Below are positions 26,173 through 39,751 of a stretch of 64,000 nucleotides of DNA, in pieces. Positions within the stretch are counted from its first letter, which is position 1; every line of letters begins with the position of its first letter. The notes beneath the pieces were generated by a model. That model was not told where the DNA came from and made no database searches. It saw only the letters and a program-made list of their open reading frames with translations. Source of the stretch: the human T2T-CHM13v2.0 reference genome, Homo sapiens; assembly GCF_009914755.1 (NCBI RefSeq), contig NC_060925.1; one strand, given 5' to 3'. The translations under genes were made by a program, and so were the position numbers.

Positions 26173-26281
26173 ATGGCCCGGGGGCCCGGCCCGCTAGGCA
26201 GGCCTCGCCCCGATACGGTCGCCATGCCCAAGAGAGGAAAGCGACTCAAGTTCCGGGCCCACGACGCCTGCTCCGGCCGAG
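26173..26281 (+). CDS. TMEM183A: TMEM183A coding exon 1 ([36 protein letters not shown])
   Basis: ATG in gacATGg context; donor GTGGGC at 26282; phase 1. Confidence 0.93.
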
Positions 26282-26480
26282 GTGGGCGAGGGGGGCAGGG
26301 GCGCTGAAACATTTTGGGGGCTGGCGGCTGGGAGGGGGCTGGACCGTGCCGAGGTGAGCGCTCGCGTGCCCGCGGCTGGAGGGCGGCTCGGTCCGGGGGC
26401 CTGCAGCGAGGAGGAGGTGTTGGCGGGGAAGACGCTGACGAGAGAAGGCCTCTTCCTTGAGGGTTGGTGCTGTGTTGCAG

Positions 26481-26570
26481 TGACCGTGGCGGATTACGCC
26501 AACTCGGATCCGGCGGTCGTGAGGTCTGGACGAGTCAAGAAAGCCGTAGCCAACGCTGTTCAGCAGGAAG
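26481..26570 (+). CDS. TMEM183A: TMEM183A exon 2
   Basis: ttgcAG acceptor, [30 protein letters not shown], donor GTAAGC. Confidence 0.95.
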
Positions 26571-27348
26571 GTAAGCTTTGCGCGAGCCTTTAAAGACTCA
26601 TGCCGCGAAGACAGAACTAGGTATTTTATTTCTGTTTTTCTTGCAGTCCTTTAGTCGTCTTCCTGTAACCGTGTTTGCTTTCGTTAGTGTTAACTTACAT
26701 ATTGGGGTGGAGGAGGATTAGTCAAGAGTAGCAGTTTCTGTAGCAGAAATATTTTCTTTCTTTCTTTGCATTTAAAAACATGTTTGCATACTTTTTAGTT
26801 TCCACTGCATTCTTCTTGGTTATTAATCTCTTTGCTGTAGTTCACATGTTTTACTCTGCAGTTTGCTTCCTTGTTTAATAACCTTGGAGTGTTCTTTTCC
26901 TTTTCTGGTGTTTCTCTTGCTTTCAGTCTGTTTACTCATGGGTCTGAGACTTGTGTTTTATGACACCTACTGCCTCCAGCTCAGGACCAGGATTAAATTG
27001 GATTCAATTTGTCTCAAACATTTCTCTGTAGACCTTATGAGAATACAAATCAGCTTTTATCCTGCAGGGTTTATAGTGGAAAAATTGTACACACCTTTTT
27101 TCTTCAGGGCTGAAAAAAGGAGTTTCTGCAACTTTGGAGTCAGTTTGCCCATTGCTTTCCTTTTTTTTTTTTTTTTGTATTTAAAATACTAAAATCTTTA
27201 TTTTTTTTGGTGACAGATTCTCACCTTTCTCTCTCAACGATGTTTTTTTTTCCCCCCTTTCCTGAATGGATGCTGATACCTTGGCTAAGTTGTTTGTATT
27301 TCTGGGTGGAGCTGTGTGCCATCTCATTCTCCTTTTATTTTCTTCTAG

Positions 27349-27516
27349 TAAAATCTCTTTGTGGCTTGGAAGCCTCTCAGGTTCCTGCAGAGGAAGCTCT
27401 TTCTGGGGCTGGTGAGCCCTGTGACATCATCGACAGCAGTGATGAGATGGATGCCCAGGAGGAAAGCATCCATGAGAGAACTGTCTCCAGAAAAAAGAAA
27501 AGCAAGAGACACAAAG
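27349..27516 (+). CDS. TMEM183A: TMEM183A exon 3
   Basis: Polypyrimidine/TAG acceptor, [13 protein letters not shown]...RKKKSKRHK (acidic patch then basic NLS-like cluster), donor GTATGG. Confidence 0.95.
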
Positions 27517-28189
27517 GTATGGAGCTTGTTCTCTTTTGGTTTATTAGACCTGCCTGTGGTGACAAATTGAAGATGTTACTTTCCCAGTAGCACAGGAGGA
27601 GATATAAGACGTGATACCAGGAGAGTTTAAAGAAAACTTGGCTCTCCCTAAGAACCTTGGTAGTGGGCCGGGATTTAATACACCTGGGCTTTCTTTTTTC
27701 TTTTGTCTGAATTCGAGAGGGAAAGAGATTAGTACGTGTTAGTAGAGTTCTGGAGCTGTGAACTGGACTCTAGTAGCCCTTCATTGAGAACATGTTATTA
27801 TCAGGTAAAAACCCATAAGGCAATGTGAAAATAAAAGGCCTTTGCATTTCTGGATTTCTGAATGTGTAAGGAAGCAGAGATGTAACCAAAAAATGTTTTC
27901 CAAAGTATGTGGATTTTACGTTAACTAGTTTTGTTACACACAAACATAGACATTATCGTGGGCTTTTAAGTGCTCTGCAATTAGTAATGTCTGCTTTATG
28001 TCTAATAAGTATTGTGGGAAATAGAAAAGTAGGTGATTTTTTTATATCCTAATGGCAATGAAATGTACACAAATGAAACAAAGAATAATAAACTGATGAT
28101 AATATAACGTGCCAAACCATCATTCAGATTCTGGGTTTTCCTTCAGACTTAATGAGTCAGAATCTCTTGGGGTGGAACTCAGAATTTTT

Positions 28190-28928
<739 letters not shown>

Positions 28929-29061
28929 TCAGATAATAGATATTTTTATTTGTTAAAGTATATTGAAGTAATAAGTTAATGAAATTAATGGTATGATTGC
29001 TTTGGAATTATTCTAGTTATTGTTAGTCATATCCCTCTTTTTCAGGATCCCAAAATTAAAA

Positions 29062-29283
29062 CAGGTCGAGCATTCCAAATCTGAAAAGCTCCAAAATTTG
29101 AAATTTTTGGAGCAATGACATGATGCTGAAAGGAAATGCTTATTGGAGCACTTTGGATTTCTGATTTTCGATTAGGGCTGCTCGACCAATAAGTACGGTC
29201 AAGATATTCCAAAATGCGGGAAAAGCCAAAATCTGAAACACCACTGGTCCTGAGCATTTCTGATAAGGGATACTCAACCAGTA
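29062..29283 (+). mobile_element. Tigger4/MER46 (Zombi) MITE
   Basis: CAGGTCGAGCATTCC...ATAAGGGATACTCAACCAGTA termini, ATGATGCTGAAAGGAAATGCTTATTGGAGCA core. Confidence 0.75.
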
Positions 29284-29409
29284 TTGACATTCTTCATACT
29301 TCTTTGTCCTTAATTTTTCACTTGAAATCGCTACTTATCACCATTCTATTAGGGATTTATCTTCTTGTTGTTTTGGACTTGTTCCACAGAATGGCTTTGA
29401 CTTAAAACA

Positions 29410-30490
<1,081 letters not shown>

Positions 30491-30815
30491 CTTACAGGCA
30501 CTTAACCATAATTCATATTTTACTTCCTTATTCTACTTTACCTCCATTAGGTTTCTCCATTCCATCAGACTGGTCTTTTTTTTTTTTTCTTTTTAAATTT
30601 CTTTTTATTTTATTGTTTCAGCAGGTATAATGTATTTTTCTTCTTTTTTTAAAAGCCTTTTTTTTAATGAAACATGTAGAAGAAGAGAGAATAGTCTGAT
30701 TATAACTCCATATAACTATTCCCTGCTTCAACAATGATCAACTCATGGCTATTAAAAAGTTTTTTTTCTCTTTCTTTTTTTAATTAACATTTTGTTTTTA
30801 TATGCTGTCAACTCA

Positions 30816-30851
30816 CGGCCATTTTTACTTCAACCATTACCCCCCACTCCA

Positions 30852-30889
<38 letters not shown>

Positions 30890-30936
30890 TTATTTTGAAA
30901 CGGCCATTTTTACTTCAACCATTACTCCCCACTCCA

Positions 30937-31000
<64 letters not shown>

Positions 31001-31010
31001 TTATTTTGAA
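30816..31010 (+). repeat. Tandem duplication of a unit containing a (CA)n microsatellite
   Basis: CGGCCATTTTTACTTCAACCATTAC(C/T)CCCCACTCCAT-(CA)n-CGGTTATTTTGAAA occurs twice back to back. Confidence 0.95.
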
Positions 31011-31439
31011 ACAATTTCCAGATATACCATCATCATCTTTGTAAATATTTTAGTAGTTATCTTTTTAAAAATACCATTATCACATCTAAAAGACTTTAAC
31101 AGTAATTTCTCAATGTTATTAAAATCTTGTTAGACTTTTCTGTTTACTGTTCTCACATGTTTTGCTTTTCTGAGTCCCTTGGTTTCATGTTAGCACTTAC
31201 TTGACATGCTTTTCCTCTTAACCTATGCCTATCAAAATTCTTCATGTCCTTCATGATTTATCTCCATGAAGCTTTCATTTACTGATTCTATTTCCTTCGT
31301 TTTGAAAGCTCTTAATAATTATGTATAAAACACTGACAATTCTTCATTATTTACTAAATTTTGTTTCTAAAGACAGAAAATTTGTAATAGCACTCTGCTT
31401 TGTAAAAGTCCTTATGGGTCTCAGTAGAGGAAATTTTTG

Positions 31440-33358
<1,919 letters not shown>

Positions 33359-33611
33359 GTTAAACTTCAAAATGGTATCGCCAATAGTTGTTAAATAAAG
33401 GCCTTAAGAACAAAACCTATTTACTTGGGCAACAGGAGGTAAAAGTTTCCAGCAGCTAGGATGAGCAGGAAATGATAAGTTTGAGGGGTTTCCTTGGACC
33501 TATTTAAAACCATTTTCTTAACTGTGCAATCAATCCTTGGGAGAAATGAAATTATCGAGTATCTTTAGATATGGTGTAGAAGATCAGAGATTATTCTTTT
33601 TTTTGTTTCAG

Positions 33612-33771
33612 AAGAACTGGACGGGGCTGGAGGAGAAGAGTATCCCATGGATATTTGGCTATTGCTGGCCTCCTATATCCGTCCTGAGGACATTGTGAAT
33701 TTTTCCCTGATTTGTAAGAATGCCTGGACTGTCACTTGCACTGCTGCCTTTTGGACCAGGTTGTACCGAAG
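33612..33771 (+). CDS. TMEM183A: TMEM183A exon 4 (F-box-like motif)
   Basis: tttcAG acceptor, [53 protein letters not shown], donor GTGCGA. Confidence 0.95.
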
Positions 33772-34682
33772 GTGCGACCACAGAGAGCTCACTCTTTTAT
33801 CTGTGTGGCTGATTTCATTACTGTTTGTGATTTGGAGCTACTCACTGGATGGTGACCTCTTTTCACTTTCTCTACTCCATGTCTGGGCATGACCCAGCTT
33901 TGGACTCCTTGAGCCCCTCTCTAATTTAAATTTGATATTATTAATTATCCAGGTAATTGTCTTCCGTGTGGTTGCCTCCTTCCCCACTCCAGTATCCACT
34001 TTCAGCAAAACGTCTTGCTTCAAGTCCCAGATAGAAGAGTCTTTGACTTTTCTTCAGAGGCTTATTTTAGCTAGAATGTTTAAAGCTACAGATGCCTATC
34101 TGCTCATCTTTCCAGCTGGATTAGGTGTTGCTTAGATTTGCTAGTTGTCTTTAAGTATTACACAGTTTTTGTATTTATGCAGCCTTATGTATAGTTGTAG
34201 TGGTGAGGAGTAGGCAAATTATATGATTAGTAAAAGGGCTAGTTTTTGATGCTAGGTATGGAAGTGTAGTGACAATTGTAAACTGTCAGGCTGTGGTGGG
34301 AAGGAATGTTGAAGTAGAAAGGAGTGGAGAACTCACTGTGAGATCTGACTGGAGAACCTGGTGGCTCTTCGCCAGTATAGGTTCCTCCAGGACAGGTTCT
34401 TTTTGAGCAGCTAAAGCATAATATACCGATACCAATTCAGAGTTTGCTCTTTTGTTCAGTGAAAAAGTGAGGACTTCAACTTTAAAAATGGATGGAGAAC
34501 TGCCGGATTACAAGGCAAAGACGTAAAAGTCGCCAAGAGGTCAAGTAGCACTGGGGACAGGCTATCTACTGGCCAGTGGAATAGTGCAGTAAAGTTCATA
34601 CAGAGACCAGGAGTCTTAGAAAACTGACCTAGAGCAGGAGAGACAGGTCACATATTGGTAGGAGTAATGTGTCATGTTTCAG

Positions 34683-34863
34683 GCACTACACGCTGGATGC
34701 TTCCCTGCCTTTGCGTCTGCGACCAGAGTCAATGGAGAAGCTGCGCTGTCTCCGGGCTTGTGTGATCCGATCTCTGTACCATATGTATGAGCCATTTGCT
34801 GCTCGAATCTCCAAGAATCCAGCCATTCCAGAAAGCACCCCCAGCACATTAAAGAATTCCAAA
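34683..34863 (+). CDS. TMEM183A: TMEM183A exon 5
   Basis: [33 protein letters not shown]...TLKNSK, donor GTAAGT, ends phase 0. Confidence 0.95.
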
Positions 34864-37203
34864 GTAAGTGAGAATTTGTGTTGGGGTTTGACTAATGAAC
34901 TCTTGTATGGTAGGCCTGTTATCATGGCTTGTCTCCAGCTTCCTTGATGGGGAGGGGTGTAGGTCCCAGGCTGCTAGGGGACTAATGTAAACTTCAGGGC
35001 TCAGAGATTTCACTTCTCCAAGACCTTTCTGCTGTGCTGGCTGGCTTATCTTACCTTAAAGCTTTCTGGTGCTTTTAGTGTATTCCTTATTCTTTTTATT
35101 TTAATGTATTTGCATACATTGTACATTGGACCACTCTAGATATAATGGTTTTGATGGTTTGGGCTAGGAAGAGCATAACTCAAATGGTAGACGTATGCTG
35201 TAATTTTTAAGAGGGGCTTTAAATCACAGTACAGAGGTATAACATGAACATCTCACTATTTTTCTCTTTCTAATGCAACCTTGACATCAGGGATTCCCCT
35301 TTATTGTTGACCTCCTTAAGGATTCTGGTGTAGACTTGACTTCTGTAGCATTTGGAAGTGCCCTGTGCCAGGCTATTGCCCGGCTCTGGTAGGTCATCTC
35401 ATAGACTATAAGGTACCCTGATTCATAAACCTTAGTTCTCTCAAGTTCTTTCTGTGTTCTAGGCTCTTTTTATCTCAGGATTTCCCTGATATTTTATATT
35501 CACATATTTATATTCAAGTTTCTGTCATTCTTCTGATTTGTAAATATGTCTACTAGCCTTTGGTCCATTCTCTCTTTTTCTCCTACCTGATGAAATTACT
35601 AAATCACCTTTGGCAAACAAGGTTACTCTGTTCCTACCCCAAATCTGATGTTCCATAGCATTTCCCATTCTCTTGTAGTTTGTTTTTATGGTATTGCACA
35701 TTATATAATGATTCTTCTCCCCTAGTTTAGCTCTAGGGTGATCATATCCTACCTAATACATATTAATTAAAAGGGTACTTTTGATTTCGAGATTATCGAG
35801 GTTCCCCCCAGCCTTGTAAACTGAGGTGGTCAGGGCTGTTGGCTGAGCTCAATTTAATATCATGCTAACTGGTGGATTTAGAGAAGGAGTAGAATGCCGG
35901 GAGAGTAGAATTTCACCCAGCAGCTGCTTCTGCTTGTAATATGAGTGGACAGTGTATCTTCTCACATTTACAGTGTCCCTTTCCCCCAAAACATTTGATA
36001 GTATCAGATTAACTGTGGTGAGCATGGGGATCATCCCAAAGTTAGCCATGCCAGGAGTGAATCAATTGCTGGGGGCAGAGCAGCATTGGGCAAACTCCTC
36101 ATGCTTGACACATCTTAGCGGCTCCAGTGCACAATGCAAGTGCTACTGCCTAAATTCTAAAATACCCCTATCTTCATATTCTTATCATTGTCTATTAATT
36201 TTTTTAAAGTGGACTGTAAAAAGCCAAAGTAGAATGAAAACTAAGGTCTTAATCCAGATAGTAAGCCCAGGCCATCTGGCTGCTGCTTTTGTGCCTTGTT
36301 AGAGATCTTCTGAAGAGGGTATGGGGCCTGCAGTGGCAGATATCCCGTGCATGGCCTTGCCACTTGTATACCCATGATTGCGTGGCATTCAGGGAGTTGC
36401 CAGCATGCCTAAAGGAAGTTGTCCCATGTTTCTGGACTCTAGCTTTTCGTATTTGATTCCCCCTCTCTCTCTTTTCAGTAGCATAGCTTGTGTGGGACAC
36501 TGGAGCCGTTGTGATGGCAGCAGAAGTGTTTTCCCCTTAAAGCCAAGCCCATTAATTTTGATGGAACAGCAGGACGTACAGGGCATGTCTGAAGGGCAGG
36601 ACAGCTGGCACGGCGGACGACCCACCCCTTATCCCCTGGGAGGTACTTCACTTCTTGTGCTTAACCCTAGCTGTAGCCTGACTTTCACTGAGGGGCTTAT
36701 TCTAGACAGAATTCAGCCTAGCTCTGTAGTTTCCTTACTGGCTGTCTGCTCCCAGAAGGTCCTGAGCAGTTTGCTTCTATTATAGGGCCAGCCCTCTCTG
36801 CCTACCTTATGGCCTTGTATCATCTTGCCTGGTGGCTGCTGGCTCTCCTTACATTTTAATGTAGAGGATTAGCCTGCTGAATCAGAGAGGATGCTCCAGT
36901 CTCTAGATACCATGTTTCTGTCTTTGAAGATAAGACAATAGGAGTTGATGTCAGTAGCCTCTGAGGTTGACTTATATTGGTCCCTCCTGTCCTTATTGAA
37001 CAGCCCTGGGATTGTCCGTTTTTATGTTGCACCAGTGTCAACTTGGGGGTCTATCTGTGCCAAAGTAAAATCTCAGCATTGGGACCGTGGCTGGCTTTAG
37101 AGCTGTCAAACAGAAAGGTTTTTGGTGATTATTTTGGTTGTAGTGTATTTTGATTTTTTTCTTTTTCTTTTTCTTGGTTTATTTTATTTTTACTTTCTTA
37201 TAG

Positions 37204-37284
37204 TGCTTACTTTTCTGGTGCAGAAAGATTGTTGGGAACAGACAGGAACCAATGTGGGAATTCAACTTCAAGTTCAAAAAACAG
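37204..37284 (+). CDS. TMEM183A: TMEM183A exon 6
   Basis: Long T-tract/TAG acceptor, [27 protein letters not shown], donor GTACGT. Confidence 0.93.
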
Positions 37285-37344
37285 GTACGTGGTCTTCTCT
37301 TTGTTTTTCAGATAATACCTTGTTCTAAGAGATTTCCCTAGATA

Positions 37345-37750
37345 TCTTTCTTAGTCTGTTTGTGTTGCTATAACAGTACCACAGATTCTGGGTAACTTAA
37401 AAAGAACGAACTTTATTTCTTAACAGTTCTGGAGGCTGGGAAGTCCAAGATCAAGGTACTTGCAGGTTTGATGTTTGGTGAGGGCCTGGTCCCTTTGCTT
37501 CCAAGATGGTGTCTGATTGCATCCTTCAGAGGGGAGGAACACTTTGTCCTCACATGGTGGAAGGTGGAATGCCAAAAGGGGCTGAGCCTAGTGTGAAGAC
37601 CCTCTTATAAAGGCCTTAATCCCATTCATGAGGGAGGGCCTCCCCAGTAGGTCACCTCCTAAAAAGGCCCTACCTCTTAATACTATTGTGTTGGAGATTA
37701 AGTGTCCACATGAATTTTGGAGGAGACACAAACATTCAAATCATAACACT
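37345..37750 (-). mobile_element. MST-family (ERVL-MaLR) solo LTR
   Basis: TTAGTCTGTTTGTGTTGCTATAACA...CAGTTCTGGAGGCTGGGAAGTCCAAGATCAAGG...ACACAAACATTCAAATCATAACA. Confidence 0.85.
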
Positions 37751-37784
37751 AGGCATGAAATTGCCTTACTAAAACAGTGTACAG

Positions 37785-37990
37785 CCTAAAAATCCAAAAT
37801 CTGAAATGCCTCATAATCTGGAACTTTCTGAGTGGCAACATGATGCTCAAAGGAAATGCCTATTGGAGCATTTTGGATTTTGGGTTTGTGGATTTCAGAT
37901 GCTCAACTGGTATAATGCAAATATTCCAAAATCTGAAAAAATGGGAAACACTTCTGGCCCCAAGCGTTTTGGATAAGGGATACTCAATCC
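37785..37990 (+). mobile_element. Tigger4/MER46 MITE
   Basis: AAATCCAAAATCTGAAATGC...CATGATGCTCAAAGGAAATGC...GGATAAGGGATACTCAA. Confidence 0.75.
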
Positions 37991-38252
37991 GAAGTGCCAT
38001 GAAAACAAAAGGTAAGAGGAACTATGCTGTATTGAAAGACAAGGATAACAACCTACTGCAAAGAGTAAATCTTGAGTGGATCCTGGATAAGAGAACAAAG
38101 CTATAAAAGACATTTTGAGGCAATTTAGGAAATCAGAATGTGCTATGGATAAGATGAAATAATTGTTAATTTTCTTATGGGTGATAATGATAATGTGGTT
38201 ATATGTAAGTGTATGCTGAATTATTTAAGATTGAAGTATAAATGTTAAGAGA

Positions 38253-38575
38253 ACATATTAAGAGAATAGTTCCCAAAAGATTAATTGCAGTTACAGGATA
38301 GTGGAAGTCTTAAGTCACCTTTACTTTGTCAATATATTTATATATTATTTAAGCTTATTTACCATTAAAAAAAGCTTTCATTGTGGAAGGAGGAGCCTCA
38401 TGTATTTCTGAACGTAAGCCTAAGAGACAGAGAAGACAAATTACATGAACTCTCCAGTTGCAAAGCCAATGAAAATTTTTTAAAACCTGGAAAAATTATG
38501 CCAGAGGCACATATATTGTTTACTAATCTGATTACTGTCCAAGCCTTGAACAGTGACAGTATTACTCAAAGGACA
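38253..38575 (+). repeat. Left arm of long inverted repeat (TMEM183A intron 6)
   Basis: Reverse complement of 40403-40721; near-identical conceptual translations in ORFs 38381+ and 40361- (EPHVFLNVSLR.REDKLHELSSC.ANE.FLKPGKI). Confidence 0.95.
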
Positions 38576-39515
38576 CCTGTATTATTAGGTGTAATTATGA
38601 TCACCCTATATTCTTATGTGGAATTATGAGCAGATATGGCAATAGGTTTATGGGTTTCTCTCTCACTATGCATATAAAACCCATAAACTCATTACAGAGG
38701 AGACAGGTGAAAACACATGGAATGGGGTGGGGTGGGGGGTGCGGGGATGGGGTGGGGAGGGAGATGTTTTCACTTGTCTCCTCTACTTAGTATCTCACTG
38801 ATGAGACACAAATACTATGAATTATTCTCACGTGATGGCAGGTGGGTTACAGATAAGTTTGTAATTAAAGTAAACCTTATTTTCCTATTGATTTATTTCA
38901 AAAACATGGTTCTGGGGAAGAATTTTAGTTCTGATATCTTGCATTTAATAAGATCTGCACAGTCTGTGATATCCATTAGACACTGGTAGAAAGTCCACCT
39001 TTCTGAGAAGGGATTGAGAGGCAGTCTTAGTGGTGAAATGTGACTAGAAGCAGACACTAGGATTACTGCAGGAAAGTGAATGCCGAGATTTTCCTTTAGT
39101 TCCGAGACTTGTGATTCCTTTATTTTATGGTGTCTGGAATTAGGTGGCCACTTCTGCTTCCATCCCTTTTGTGCAGCAGATGTTCTTTGGAGTCTGACAA
39201 GTTACAAGGAATTTGCAGTCTTTCAAACATTGTAGAACCTCTGGTAGAGGCTGTAAGTTTCCATTTCTTGTCAGATGGCAAGGAATACCATCTAAACGAA
39301 GCATAAACCCATTGCCACATTTGCTCATCCAAATGTATTTACCCTTCTTTCAAAGGGTAGGTTTTCTTTGATCTCTGTATAGAAACATGTATAAAGAGAG
39401 AAGATAAAAGTGTATCTCACTAGCTTTAGTTGAGCCATAGGATTTTCTTTGGTGGACTCTTAGAGCCATATAATGTTTCTTCTAAGCCATTGGATTAATT
39501 CTCAGTTCTCTTCAG

Positions 39516-39671
39516 TCCCCTAGGTTAAAGAGCAAGTGTACAGGAGGATTGCAGCCTCCCGTTCAGTACGAAGATGTTCATACCAATCCAGACCAGGACT
39601 GCTGCCTACTGCAGGTCACCACCCTCAATTTCATCTTTATTCCGATTGTCATGGGAATGATATTTACTCTG
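39516..39671 (+). CDS. TMEM183A: TMEM183A exon 7 (156 nt, phase 0/0, hydrophobic segment)
   Basis: ttcAG acceptor, [52 protein letters not shown], donor GTAAGT. Confidence 0.95.
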
Positions 39672-39751
39672 GTAAGTGGGGACTCAGGATGTCATTCTCA
39701 GCTCCTTTTTTTTTTTTTTTTTTCATTCTGAAAGGAGGTGAACCGCAGCTC

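Larger units (their letters stand above)
25900..26610 (+). promoter_or_regulatory. TMEM183A: TMEM183A CpG-island promoter
   Basis: High CpG density; CRE/ATF-like TGACGTA 25998-26004, inverted CCAAT (ATTGG) 26023-26027, palindromic TCTCGCGAGA 26080-26089. Confidence 0.85.

Noticed and set aside
30792-31133. His/Thr-repeat ORFs
   Set aside because: Translation of (CA)n microsatellites
39731-39748. AAAGGAGGTGAACCGCAG resembling a Shine-Dalgarno or 16S rRNA 3' end between two poly-T tracts
   Set aside because: Too short to be significant; intronic human context; no further rRNA similarity
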